This document shows positions 48,465 to 58,452 of a stretch of 64,000 nt of DNA, one piece after another. A program made the position numbers and the translations under genes. The DNA comes from an uncultured Armatimonadetes bacterium (lineage in GTDB: Bacteria; Armatimonadota; Hebobacteria; Hebobacterales; Hebobacteraceae): assembly GCA_963716175.1 (NCBI GenBank), contig OY970296.1, positions 3,840,001 through 3,904,000 of the forward strand. The letters run 5' to 3'. The notes under the pieces are model-generated. The model saw only the letters and a list, made by a program, of their open reading frames with translations. It was not told where the DNA came from and made no database searches. Within the stretch, counting starts at the first letter, position 1; each line of letters starts with the position of its first letter.

Positions 48465-50915
48465 ATGACCAAGCTGCGAATCGTCTTGGTCGGCTGTGGG
48501 CTGGTCGTCCTCTCCGGGCGTCCGTGTGCGGCGGACGTGAGGGAACTCTACCGCAGTCCGTTCGGGGCGATCCACTCTCTCGCGGCCAATCCTAGCGACG
48601 GCTCCTGGTGGGTGGGCAGCAGCAAGAGCGTGCTCCATCTCTCGGCTGAGGGCGCGATCCTCAGCCAGACCGATGGTTTCCAGCCCGCCACGGCGCTCTC
48701 GGTTGACCCCGGCGACGGATCGTGCTGGGTGGCTGACCCGAACGCGGATAGAGTCGTCCATCTTGCCGTTGACGGAACCGTCGCCTGGTCAGGCGATTTC
48801 CCCTATCCCACCTCAGTCTTTGTGGACGCTTCCGACGGGTCGTGTTGGGTGGGCTTCAACAACGGGGTTGCCCTCCTGGCCAAGGATGGCACAGAGCTGT
48901 GGCGGCAGACGGCGTGGGGTCCAAGCGGGCCTCTCGCCGCCGATTCCGAGCGCCACACCTGTTGGGTCGTGACCTCCAGCGGCCCCGGTGGTCTGGTCTT
49001 GCTGTCGAAGACCGGCCAGCAGTTGTCTGCAGCAGACGCCTACGGCGAGGATATCGCCCTTGACCCTGTTGATGGCTCCTGCTGGGTGTCTCAGGCTATG
49101 GGCTCACGGCCTCTCGCGCGGTATTCGGTCGTGGGCGCCAGACTGGCAGAGGTGACCGGCATCACCTGTCCGATCGCGATTGCCGTGAATCCCATTGATG
49201 AGTCCCTCTGGGTGCTGGACAGGGCAATGGGGAGTCTCGTCCAGCTAGCTGCCGACGGCGCTGAGCTGCAGCGATTCGGTGGGCTGCATTGCCCCACCTT
49301 TCTCGCCCTTTGCCCCGCGGACGGATCGCTGCTGGCAGGTGATGGCAGTCGCCTCATCCATTTCTCGAGTTCCGGCGAGATGCTGGAGGTGCTGGGAGGC
49401 GATTACTACTGGGCGGTGTCCGCTAACCCCACAGACGGTTCCTGTTGGGTGGCGGGCATCGGTGAATGGGATCGTCGGACAGAGACCCCTTTCGGCGGCT
49501 CCGTCGTCAAGGTGTCTTCGGATGGTCTCCTGCTGGCCGAGTGTGCGCAGGTCTCCGAGCCCTGCAGCGTGGCGGTGAATCCGACGGACGGCTCCTGCTG
49601 GGTGGGCGACCTCTTCCCTGGGAGTGTGCTGCACCTGTCCACGAGCGGCGCCGTGTTGTGGCGTGGGGATGGGTTCAGTTCCCCTTGGTCTCTCTCGGTC
49701 AACCCTGGCGATGGCTCTTGCTGGGTGGGGGATATGGGAGAATGGGACCGCGCCGCACAGAGGTACGTTGGCTCAGCCATAGTGCACATCGCGGCCGACG
49801 GCACCGAGCTGTGGCGCAACACCGATTTCTGCAGCGTTCAAGCAGTCGCGGTGGACCCGACCGACAGCTCATGCTGGGTGGGAGATGGCTCTCCATCGCC
49901 GGAGTGGCCGGCGCCGCTGATACACTTCACCGCCAGCGGGTGGGAGATGTGGCGTGGCACTTACCTCGCGTGGCCAGGCAAGATCGCGGTGAACTCCGCT
50001 GACAGCTCGGTCTGGGCGGCCGATAGTTCCAGCATCTTGCACCTGGCATCAGACGGTACGGTTCTGTTCCTGAGCAGCGAGACCGCGCCCGAACTGCCCA
50101 TCTACGGGATCATGTCTATCGCCGTCAGCCCGGCCGACGGCTCCTGCTGGGTTGTGGGCGAGAGCTCCGGCGCTAGTCCACAGAGCGCGACCGATATCGT
50201 CCAGCTCGCGCCAGACGGAACGCTGATCTGGCAGGGAGATCTGTTCTGCTGCCCTCAGGACCTATCGCTGAACTCGGCAGACGGGACGCTGTGGGTGGTT
50301 GATGGCGCCGTCGGCCAACTGGTCCACCTGAAGCCCTCGCGATTCCACGACGTGCCCTTCAGCCACTGGGCCTATGATGAGATAGAGGCCTGTGTGGTGG
50401 CTGGGCTGGTCAAGGGCTACCCGGAGGGCACCTACCAACCGGACACACCGGTCTCCCGGGACCAGATGGCGGTGTACATCGCCCGCGCCCTCGCTGGCGG
50501 GGATACCGCCGTCCCCACCGGCCCGGCCGAACCCACCTTCCACGATGTGCCAACCAGCCATTGGGCTTACAGGTACATTGAGTATGCCCATGCCAACAAC
50601 ATCGTGGAAGGCTATCCCGGCGGCACCTACCGGCCTGGGATCGAGCTGGACCGGGCCCAGATGGCAGTGTTCATCGCGCGTTCCATCGTCGTGCCTACCG
50701 GCGACGAGGGCCTGCTGAGCTACACGCCGCCAGACACCCCGACCTTCCCCGACGTGGGGAGCCGATACTGGGCCTACAAGTACATCGAGTACATCGCCGA
50801 GGACGGCATCGCCATCACCCTCGGCTATCCCGATGGCCTCTACTACCCGGAGCTGATCTGCACCCGGGATCAGATGGCGGTGTACATCGCCCGGGCGTTC
50901 AAGCTGCCGGTCTGA
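48465..50915 (+). CDS. Secreted beta-propeller repeat protein with C-terminal SLH domains
   Basis: Many (V/L)(S/A)V(N/D)P.DGSCWV repeats, then three SLH repeats. Confidence 0.82.
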   Translation: MTKLRIVLVGCGLVVLSGRPCAADVRELYRSPFGAIHSLAANPSDGSWWVGSSKSVLHLSAEGAILSQTDGFQPATALSVDPGDGSCWVADPNADRVVHLAVDGTVAWSGDFPYPTSVFVDASDGSCWVGFNNGVALLAKDGTELWRQTAWGPSGPLAADSERHTCWVVTSSGPGGLVLLSKTGQQLSAADAYGEDIALDPVDGSCWVSQAMGSRPLARYSVVGARLAEVTGITCPIAIAVNPIDESLWVLDRAMGSLVQLAADGAELQRFGGLHCPTFLALCPADGSLLAGDGSRLIHFSSSGEMLEVLGGDYYWAVSANPTDGSCWVAGIGEWDRRTETPFGGSVVKVSSDGLLLAECAQVSEPCSVAVNPTDGSCWVGDLFPGSVLHLSTSGAVLWRGDGFSSPWSLSVNPGDGSCWVGDMGEWDRAAQRYVGSAIVHIAADGTELWRNTDFCSVQAVAVDPTDSSCWVGDGSPSPEWPAPLIHFTASGWEMWRGTYLAWPGKIAVNSADSSVWAADSSSILHLASDGTVLFLSSETAPELPIYGIMSIAVSPADGSCWVVGESSGASPQSATDIVQLAPDGTLIWQGDLFCCPQDLSLNSADGTLWVVDGAVGQLVHLKPSRFHDVPFSHWAYDEIEACVVAGLVKGYPEGTYQPDTPVSRDQMAVYIARALAGGDTAVPTGPAEPTFHDVPTSHWAYRYIEYAHANNIVEGYPGGTYRPGIELDRAQMAVFIARSIVVPTGDEGLLSYTPPDTPTFPDVGSRYWAYKYIEYIAEDGIAITLGYPDGLYYPELICTRDQMAVYIARAFKLPV

Positions 50916-50927
50916 GTCAGCTCAGGC

Positions 50928-51500
50928 CTACTCACTCGTCCTGCTCTGCTCCTGGATGTGCTTCACGAACTTCTCCCCGGCCCCGCGGGCCGCGGCGAGC
51001 ATGTAGTCCTGGCTGCGGCGAGTCACGATCATCTGATCGAAGACCCCCAGCCCCATGTGGGCGTAGTAGCGCTCCATCGCCACCAGACAGGTGGGCCCGC
51101 CGCCTCCTCCCCCACCGGCGGCGCCGATGCCGAGCATCCATCTGCCCTCGATCCGGGGATCGCCGGGCCCGGCGCGCTCGCACCGGCGCAGGCGATCGAA
51201 GCAGCTCTTCACCACCTCGGCCACGTCGCCGAAGTAGACCGGCGTGCTGAGCACAATCCCGTCGGCCTGGGCCATCTTGTCCCGCACCAGCTCCAGGTCG
51301 TCCTCGATGATACAGAGACCCTCCCGCCGGCACTTGCCCCAGCCATCGTCACAGGCCAGGCAGGCGCTGAGCTTGAGTTTGCGCAGGTGCAGCAGCTCTG
51401 TCTCCGCTCCCGCGGCCTGAGCGCCGGCCATCGCCTGCTTCGCCATCCTCGCGGTGAGGCCGTCTTCATTGGGTGAAGCTTGCATCACCAGGATCTTCAT
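50928..51500 (-). CDS. Flavodoxin-family / iron-sulfur flavoprotein
   Basis: ASPN..GLT, CLAC...C.....C...DD, STPVYFG, DRL. Confidence 0.85.
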   Translation of the reverse strand: MKILVMQASPNEDGLTARMAKQAMAGAQAAGAETELLHLRKLKLSACLACDDGWGKCRREGLCIIEDDLELVRDKMAQADGIVLSTPVYFGDVAEVVKSCFDRLRRCERAGPGDPRIEGRWMLGIGAAGGGGGGGPTCLVAMERYYAHMGLGVFDQMIVTRRSQDYMLAAARGAGEKFVKHIQEQSRTSE

Positions 51501-51591
51501 GGTGAGTCCTCCTGCTCGATGTTATCTGGGGGCAGGTCGCGGACCTGCCCTACGACAACCACCCGGCGGGCGTGGGAACCCCGCCCTACAG

Positions 51592-52356
51592 TCACACCCG
51601 GTCTTTCACCCGCTCGATGTAGGCCTGCCACACCCTCTCCATCTGGGCCTGGGCCTCTTCGGGAGGCAGGAAGTTGTGCGAGGCATTGACCAGCGGCGGC
51701 TGGCCGGCCTCGGTCAGCATCTGCGCCACCTCGCAGTTGATCGCATTCACCGCGGTCACGAATCCGAAGGTCGAGCCGGGGCCGACTCTCTCCCGGAGAC
51801 CGGGGATGTCAATCATGGCATCCCCGGCCGGGACGCAAGTGTCCACCACGATGTCGGCGATCTCACAGAGGCGCTTGCCGCTGGAGTGGCGCGCGGGTAC
51901 GGCATTGGTATGCTCGAGCGAGGTGAGCGCCACCAGAGTCAGACCGCGCCGCTTGCTCTCCAGTGCCATGTCCACCACCACGCCGTTGATTCCGGACTGG
52001 GAGAAGATCATCATAGTGTCCCGCGGATCGAGACGGTAGTTCTGGAGGATGATCTGCGCGAATCCCTCCAGCCGTTCCAGGAAGAGAAACTGCGGCACCC
52101 CGCTGTCCCCAACGACATTGGTGAAGTAGGACAGGCAATGCTCGGTCATGGGATGATAGCCGACGAAGCCTCCGATGCGAGGGTAGCACTCCATCACCGG
52201 CAGGGAACCGTGGCCGGCCCCGAAGAGATGCACCACCCGGCCGGCGAGGATGGAGTCGGCAATGGCCCGTGCTGCGGCCTTGATATTGTCCATCTGGGTC
52301 TCGCGGATGCGGCGGTGAATCTGCTCGGTCTTAGCAAACCATTGCTCGGCAGCCAT
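51592..52356 (-). CDS. SIS-domain sugar isomerase
   Basis: FGAGHG, YPRIGG, FSQSGIN, ALTS, GDA, GPGST. Confidence 0.82.
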   Translation of the reverse strand: MAAEQWFAKTEQIHRRIRETQMDNIKAAARAIADSILAGRVVHLFGAGHGSLPVMECYPRIGGFVGYHPMTEHCLSYFTNVVGDSGVPQFLFLERLEGFAQIILQNYRLDPRDTMMIFSQSGINGVVVDMALESKRRGLTLVALTSLEHTNAVPARHSSGKRLCEIADIVVDTCVPAGDAMIDIPGLRERVGPGSTFGFVTAVNAINCEVAQMLTEAGQPPLVNASHNFLPPEEAQAQMERVWQAYIERVKDRV

Positions 52357-52436
52357 CAAGCATCTCCCTCCTGCAGTCCCTAGGCCCGATAGGGCCGGCA
52401 TGGCGGCCGCCTCTGCCGGCCTAGCCAGCGGTCGCC

Positions 52437-53357
52437 CTAGTGGCGACCTAGCCACTGCGCCGCCAGCCTGGCCGCGCCCAGCCAGGCCGCCTCTTCCCCC
52501 AGCTCCGCGGCCACGATCCGCACGCTTCGCGCCACCTGCGGCTGGGACTCACCGGCCACGATCTCCCGGATGCGCGGCAGGAGCAGGTCAGCGCCCCCTG
52601 CGATCACCCCTCCCGCCAGCACCACCACCTCCGGGTCCACCAGGCTCACCAGGTTCGCCACCGCCGCACCCAGCACCTCCGCCGCCTGGGCGATGGCCTC
52701 CCGCGCTCGGCCGTCGCCTTGGCGCGCGGCCTCCAATGCCTCCTCGGCCGTGGCTCTTCCCGCGGCGCGGGCGATGGCCGGGCCGGAGGCGAGGCATTCC
52801 AGCCAGCCCTGGTTCGGAGGCCTGGCCAAGCCGGCCTGCCGCCAGTCTCCCACCCACCACCCCACCGCGCCGGCCACGCCCACGTGCCCGCGGTGCAGCC
52901 GCCCTCCCAGGATCAGCCCTCCCCCAATCCCGGTCCCGATCGCCACCAGCGCGACATCGCTCATCCCCCGCGCGGCGCCGCACCACCATTCCCCAGTCAC
53001 CCAGGCGTGTCCGTCGTAGTGAAGGGTGGCGGGAATCCCGAGCGCTCCCGCGATCGGCCCGGCGACCGCCACCGGTTGCTGCCATCCCACGATATTGGGC
53101 GCCCACAACACCGCGCCTGCGGTCTGGTCAATCACCGCAGGCACGGCCACGCCGATGGCGGCGGTCTCTTTCACGGCGCTGGCCTTGGTCAGAACTTCGC
53201 GGAGGAGAGCTATGATCTGGGAGACCACCTGGGCGCCGCCGTCCCGAGCGGTGGGCGCGCGGCGAGAGGCGATGATGTGGCCTTCACCATCGGCCAGGCC
53301 GACCGCGATCTTCGTTCCTCCGACGTCAACGCCGGCGAGGAGGCGGGAGCACAGCAT
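52437..53357 (-). CDS. ROK family sugar kinase
   Basis: GVDVGGTKI, GEWW.GAA.G, IGTGIGGG, GWLE.LASG, P.VVVLAGGV. Confidence 0.88.
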   Translation of the reverse strand: MLCSRLLAGVDVGGTKIAVGLADGEGHIIASRRAPTARDGGAQVVSQIIALLREVLTKASAVKETAAIGVAVPAVIDQTAGAVLWAPNIVGWQQPVAVAGPIAGALGIPATLHYDGHAWVTGEWWCGAARGMSDVALVAIGTGIGGGLILGGRLHRGHVGVAGAVGWWVGDWRQAGLARPPNQGWLECLASGPAIARAAGRATAEEALEAARQGDGRAREAIAQAAEVLGAAVANLVSLVDPEVVVLAGGVIAGGADLLLPRIREIVAGESQPQVARSVRIVAAELGEEAAWLGAARLAAQWLGRH

Positions 53358-53427
53358 CTTCGCTCCAGATACCAGGCTGTAGGGCGGGGATTCCTATCCC
53401 CGCCTGGAGGGCATGGGAATGCCCTCC

Positions 53428-54030
53428 CTACAGGCGGTCCCCGACCAGGGCCCGGCCCAGGGCCTCGGCTCGCGCCAGCAGCTCGGCACGCTCTGCTACC
53501 GGCGGCGGCCGGTCGGTGCTGGCCTCAAACAGATCGCCCCAGTAGCGAAAGCCGGTCGAGTTGAAGAACGCCTTCACGGTGGGCTTAGCCCACTCGAACA
53601 CCCTCAGGTCCGAGCCGCCGCAGGTGGCGATGAACAGGCCGCGCCGCTCCCCCGGCACATCGGCGGCCCGGCGCTTGAGACGATAGGTCTCCACCCAGGA
53701 GGCCTGCCCGCGATCTATCATCATCTTGGTCTCGGCCGAGACGCCGGCGAAATGGATGGGTGAGGCCAGCGCCAGGTGCTGGGCCGCGCGCAGCCTGGGG
53801 TAGACCTGCTGCATCTCGTCTTGCACCACGCACCGGCCAGTGGCATCGCAGCCGCGGCAGTGGCGGCATGACCCCATCTCCAGGTCGCGCAGGGAGACCA
53901 ACTCGGTGCCCGCCCCCGCCGCGGCCGCGCCAGCTAACACCGCCTCCAGCAGCAACCGGGAATCACTGCGGGCGCGCGGGCTGCCGGCAATGCCGAGGAC
54001 CAGCGGGCGGGTTGATGAGTCACTCGTCAT
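53428..54030 (-). CDS. Flavodoxin-family / iron-sulfur flavoprotein
   Basis: GSPR, CRHCRGC...G.C...D.M, ASPIHF, K.MIDR. Confidence 0.85.
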   Translation of the reverse strand: MTSDSSTRPLVLGIAGSPRARSDSRLLLEAVLAGAAAAGAGTELVSLRDLEMGSCRHCRGCDATGRCVVQDEMQQVYPRLRAAQHLALASPIHFAGVSAETKMMIDRGQASWVETYRLKRRAADVPGERRGLFIATCGGSDLRVFEWAKPTVKAFFNSTGFRYWGDLFEASTDRPPPVAERAELLARAEALGRALVGDRL

Positions 54031-54078
54031 CAGCCAATGAGTTCCGCCTTCGCGAGAAAGGACCTCGCGTGGCGAGTG

Positions 54079-55119
54079 TCATTGGACGGCGGCAGCGGGC
54101 GTGGGGGCAGAGACGGCAGGCTTGAGGTAGTGGTCAAGCAGCGCCTTCACTGCCGGGTCCTCGGGAATGGATGGAGTGATCGGGATCAGCGTCTCGTCAG
54201 CGCCGGCGAGCCTCCAGGGCGCGCCCGCAGCCGAGCTAGCGCACCTGAAAATGAGGTCCAGACGGCCGAGGACAACCCCCTGATCACCGGCCTGGACGAT
54301 AGGCACCATCTTGCCATCGGGCCCAGGGACTCCGATGGGCTCTGGTGTGAAGGTATGCGAGTGGCCCCCGATGATGACGTCAATGCCAGGCATTTCCGCC
54401 GCCAGCTTTCGGTCCTGCTCCATGCCGATATGGGTGACGGCGATGAGGACATCGCACTCTTTGCGGGCGATGGGAACCCAGTGCCTTGCTGCGTCGAACT
54501 CGTCGGCGAAGGTCCAGCCCTTCAGGAACGCCAACTCGGAGGAGCCGGAGGTGGTGAGGCCGAGAAACCCCACCCGCAAGTCCCCGAAGGTGCGCACGAT
54601 GAACGGGCGGATGCCTTCCACCGGAGCGGGTTCGTCGCAGCCCGGGGGCGGGCCGTCGCCGAGCGTGAGGTTGGCGCATAGCCAGGCGAAGCGGCTGCGC
54701 CGCACCAGCGCGAGCATCAAGTCCTTCGACTTCGGGCTGTCCCAGATCGCTTTCACCTCGTTGTTGCCGACGCAGAGCGCGTCGTAGCCCATCAGGTTCA
54801 TCGCCTCGACCTCTGGCACGCCGTACCACTTCTCGTGCCAGGGACCGCGGGTGAACACGTCTCCGGCGTCAACCACGGCGACGTAGGGCGTTGCGCTGCG
54901 GATGCTCTTGATCAGCGATGCTCGTCTTGCCATCCCACCGACGTCCAACGCCGGAGTCTTGAAGAACCCGTCCCTGTCCGCGTAGTCGAACGGCAGCATC
55001 ATGCCGTGGAAGTCATTGGTGTGGAGGATGGTGAGGCTGACTCTGTCAGCGGCAAGAGATGGTAGTGCGAGCAGTAGCAGCAGCAGCGCGCTAAGCGTGA
55101 GGCGTCTGAAGCGTGCCAT
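54079..55119 (-). CDS. Secreted metallophosphoesterase (5'-nucleotidase N-terminal domain only)
   Basis: ILHTNDFHG, DAGD, GNNE (usually GNHE), THIG, IIGGHSH; lacks the C-terminal substrate domain. Confidence 0.82.
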   Translation of the reverse strand: MARFRRLTLSALLLLLLALPSLAADRVSLTILHTNDFHGMMLPFDYADRDGFFKTPALDVGGMARRASLIKSIRSATPYVAVVDAGDVFTRGPWHEKWYGVPEVEAMNLMGYDALCVGNNEVKAIWDSPKSKDLMLALVRRSRFAWLCANLTLGDGPPPGCDEPAPVEGIRPFIVRTFGDLRVGFLGLTTSGSSELAFLKGWTFADEFDAARHWVPIARKECDVLIAVTHIGMEQDRKLAAEMPGIDVIIGGHSHTFTPEPIGVPGPDGKMVPIVQAGDQGVVLGRLDLIFRCASSAAGAPWRLAGADETLIPITPSIPEDPAVKALLDHYLKPAVSAPTPAAAVQ

Positions 55120-55306
55120 GGCCGGGATCCACCTTCATGTGGCGTGCCAAGCGATTTCGACAGGACCGGGCCCAACGCCTGCCCAGGAGAGCCGATGGCG
55201 GGCCGGGTTGCAGCGATGCTGGCGACGGCGTCAAGAGACGAGAGGCGCGCTATCCGCGCGCCTCTCGTCTCTGACACTGAACAGCCGGCGCTGAGCGGGC
55301 TCTGCG

Positions 55307-56326
55307 CTACCCCTGTCGGCAGCACGGGTAGGTGCAGTTCTCGATGCCTCCGGTGATCGCCCAGTCGGTGCGATTCGGCTGGGCCCGGTCTATGGTTTCA
55401 CTGATGATAGATTCAGCGCTCATCCATGTCGCATGTCCGTCGGCGAAGCCCAGGTTCTCGCCGCCGAGATGACGGGCCTTGCCGAAGGTCTTGCGGTACT
55501 CCACGTCCGTGCCGAGGCGGAGATCGCCCCCACCGCAGTCTTGGCTCCAGGAGCAGTTCGTCCAGTCGGCGTGAGTGATGCGGCCCCCCCACCAGCACAC
55601 GCCGCCAACCAGACAGCAGCCCAGGCCGCAGACATCGGGATAAGCGGCGAGGGTGGCGTCCCACATCGTGTCTATCGCCCCGGACTCGCCGACCACCACA
55701 TACTTGGCGGGGTCGTCCATGGCGCTGGTCTTCACCTCGAACTGGCTCGGGTAGCCGAGAGTCTGCTCGAAGGCCCCCGCGACATCAACACCACTCGTCC
55801 TGGAAGTAGGACAGACCTGCTGGGCCCAGGAGTCAGTGATGTTGCCGCCCCAGCCGGGAGGATAGGTCGCGGTGCAGATGCTGCCATAGCAGCCCCACTC
55901 ATCCTGGTGCGACATAGTCACAGTCCACCAATCCGGCACAGTAGGGCAGATGCTCGTCCTCGGGACTCGGCCGGCGCTCGGGCAGCGCCACACATCGCGG
56001 TTCTTCACGTACTCATCCAGGACAACCGGCCACCTCAGGTAGGGATTGGAGTAGGTGGGATACTGGCAGCTGTCGCTGCCGCCGAAGTCGTTGAAGGCGG
56101 CCTGGATCTCCGCGCTGTGCTCCCTGGGGGGCAGCCGATCATAGTCGGTAAGATACATCTGAATCGCGAGGGCGATGTTCTTCACATTAGAGAGGCACTG
56201 TATCTTGCGAGCCGATTCCCGCGCCCGGGCAAAGACCGGGAACAGCATGGCTGCCAGGATCGCAATGATCGCGATCACCACCAACAGCTCGATGAGGGTG
56301 AAGCCTGCGCGTCTTCTGGTCAGCAT
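55307..56326 (-). CDS. Prepilin-type DUF1559 / H-X9-DG protein, Cys/Trp-rich
   Basis: [56 protein letters not shown]. Confidence 0.88.
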   Translation of the reverse strand: MLTRRRAGFTLIELLVVIAIIAILAAMLFPVFARARESARKIQCLSNVKNIALAIQMYLTDYDRLPPREHSAEIQAAFNDFGGSDSCQYPTYSNPYLRWPVVLDEYVKNRDVWRCPSAGRVPRTSICPTVPDWWTVTMSHQDEWGCYGSICTATYPPGWGGNITDSWAQQVCPTSRTSGVDVAGAFEQTLGYPSQFEVKTSAMDDPAKYVVVGESGAIDTMWDATLAAYPDVCGLGCCLVGGVCWWGGRITHADWTNCSWSQDCGGGDLRLGTDVEYRKTFGKARHLGGENLGFADGHATWMSAESIISETIDRAQPNRTDWAITGGIENCTYPCCRQG

Positions 56327-56597
56327 TAGCACATCTCCTTGTCTCGCGAACTCGGTCAACCCGGCCGGCCAGACAAGCCGCGGCCAGGTCATGCGTCGGG
56401 GCCTGCCGCTATCGTCGGCGGCACGGCTGACACCACCTCCTCTCCTCGCTCCTCGCCGGGCCCCGCCAGCCCGGGGCCCACTCAACTCTGTACTCTACCG
56501 CCAGGAAGCCGGTCCTGTCACTGGACGGACGTGGGGAATTCTTGTATGTTTCGATGGAGGGCCCACCTAACGTGACCCTCTACGCCTGGGGAATGCG

Positions 56598-57488
56598 ATG
56601 CTGGTCAGACTGGAAGAGTACGAGCTCACCGCGGCGAGCCCGGTGCACGGGGGAGTGGTGGCGCATCGCGGGCCCACTCCTCTGGACGCGGACATGCACC
56701 AGCCCTTCGAAGTCGGGATCGTGCTGACAGGGCAGCTCGACCGGCACTTCGAGGACATGGTGATGACCGTGGGTCCCGGCGAGATGTGGCTGTGCGGCGC
56801 CTGGGAGCCGCACGGGTGGCGGGTGCGGGCGGCCGGGACGCGGGAACTGGTGGTGCTGTTCCTCCCCAGCCTGCTGGGTGATGAGGTGTTCGATGACCTG
56901 CCCTGGTTGACCCTGCTCTCGGTGCCGCCCGACCAGCGCCCGCGCGCGACCACCCGGCAGATGCGGGAGCAGACCCTGGCCATCGGCAACGAGCTGGCAA
57001 AGGAGCTCCGGGAGAGGAGAAGCCGGTGGCTGTCGGCGGTGCGGTTCGGGATCCTGCGGCTGCTGTTTGTGGTGAGCCGCGGGTGGCATCCAAGAGGCCC
57101 GGCAGGCCGGCAGGCGGCGCGGGCAGGAAGCCTGGCGAGAGTCATGCCGGCGGTGCGGATGGTGCACGCCAGCCCGGCTGCTCGGCTCAGTGTGCCGGAG
57201 GCAGCAGCGGCCTGCGGGCTGAGCGTGCCGCAGTTCAGCTACGTGTTCCGCCATGCCCTGGGCCTGAGCTTCGGGAAATTCCGGATGCGGGCCCGATTGG
57301 GGTATGCAGCGCAATTGCTGCTGAGCAGCGAGCTGCCGGTGGAGGCGATTGCGCAGGAGGCTGGATTCGCGGATGCCAGTCATCTGCATCACAAGTTCTC
57401 GAAGGTCTACGGCTCCACCCCGGGACGCTACCGGACTGAGGGCAGGCTGGTGCGCGGAAGCTCGGCCCTGGGGGCAGCTTCGCCCTGA
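56598..57488 (+). CDS. AraC family transcriptional regulator
   Basis: N-terminal cupin (DMH..FE...EPH) and C-terminal double HTH (A..CGLS...F, IAQEAGF.D.SH...F...G.TP..YR). Confidence 0.88.
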   Translation: MLVRLEEYELTAASPVHGGVVAHRGPTPLDADMHQPFEVGIVLTGQLDRHFEDMVMTVGPGEMWLCGAWEPHGWRVRAAGTRELVVLFLPSLLGDEVFDDLPWLTLLSVPPDQRPRATTRQMREQTLAIGNELAKELRERRSRWLSAVRFGILRLLFVVSRGWHPRGPAGRQAARAGSLARVMPAVRMVHASPAARLSVPEAAAACGLSVPQFSYVFRHALGLSFGKFRMRARLGYAAQLLLSSELPVEAIAQEAGFADASHLHHKFSKVYGSTPGRYRTEGRLVRGSSALGAASP

Positions 57489-57522
57489 GCCCGGCCTGGC
57501 TCCGACGACCAGCGTGGAAGAC

Positions 57523-57693
57523 GTGGAGCGTCCGCCACAGGCGGACGCTCCACACGCATTGGGACGCGAGTGGTTTCGGTCGCCAGCAGCCTATCGACGG
57601 TCGCGCAATGAAGTAACATTGCGCGACCGTCTTTCTCCAGGCATTTGCTGGGTTTCTTACGAATGTCGCCCATTACTTCGTTGGGCGACATTC
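57523..57693. repeat. Cluster of three hairpins between convergent genes
   Basis: Stems at 57523-57553, 57596-57631 and 57661-57693; the last two are inverted variants of each other. Confidence 0.65.
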
Positions 57694-57694
57694 A

Positions 57695-58327
57695 TCAGTC
57701 CGACTTCGTCTCAGGGGGTGCGGGAGCGGAGACAGTCGCGTCGGGCTGGTGGAGCCGCAGCCGGTCCCGCAGCCTCGTCCCACGGCCCATGCTCTCGCCA
57801 CGGCCTCCCCAGCCCGAGCCCGGGCCGTGACCCATGCCCCGGCCTCCGCCCATGGCAGGCCCGCCCCAGGCGCGGCCTTCGCCCCGGCCTCTGCCCATGC
57901 TGGCGCCGCCCCAGGCATGGCCTCCGCCCTGGCCTCTGCCCATGGCAGGCCCGCCGCAGCCGCGGCCGCCAGCGCGGCCATGGCGCCAACCGTGGCCCTC
58001 TCCCCGGCCGGCTCCTCGCAGAGCCAGTTCAGGGTGCTTCACCGCCAGTGCATGCAGCTTGGCGCGCAGCCGGTAGACGTTCTCGGCTTTGGCGGCGATC
58101 TCGCTTTCCGAGGCCTCTTTCGCCTCCGCCAGCCGCAGCTCTAACTGGGCAATCCTGACCTGCTTGCCCAGATCGCTCGCCTGGGTGACCAAGGCCTGCT
58201 GCTCCGGGGTGAGCCCAGCGCTTCCCTTTGTGCCGGACGCCGTCGCTGGATCCTGTGCCATCGCCGCACCCGCCACGCCGACCAAGAAGGCAATGGCGAT
58301 GCTCGGCATCCACGTGCTCGACCTCAT
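57695..58327 (-). CDS. Secreted helical protein (Spy/CpxP/ZraP-like) with Gly/Arg-rich tandem-repeat tail
   Basis: Signal peptide, LTPEQQ motif, helical core, and 15-aa MGRGxGxGxAWGGxx repeats. Confidence 0.55.
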   Translation of the reverse strand: MRSSTWMPSIAIAFLVGVAGAAMAQDPATASGTKGSAGLTPEQQALVTQASDLGKQVRIAQLELRLAEAKEASESEIAAKAENVYRLRAKLHALAVKHPELALRGAGRGEGHGWRHGRAGGRGCGGPAMGRGQGGGHAWGGASMGRGRGEGRAWGGPAMGGGRGMGHGPGSGWGGRGESMGRGTRLRDRLRLHQPDATVSAPAPPETKSD

Positions 58328-58452
58328 CTCGAACCTCCTTTCCCTCCGCACAGGCAGCTACGTAGACAAAGACGAGTGGGGGGTGCCGGCGATTCCGCGG
58401 CTGTGATCAGGGGCTCACGACGGAGGCAGGAGTGAGCGATCACGTCTGCCGT

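Noticed and set aside
57830-57965. Tandem repeats as a CRISPR array
   Set aside because: They are in-frame coding repeats without unique spacers, and no cas genes are present.
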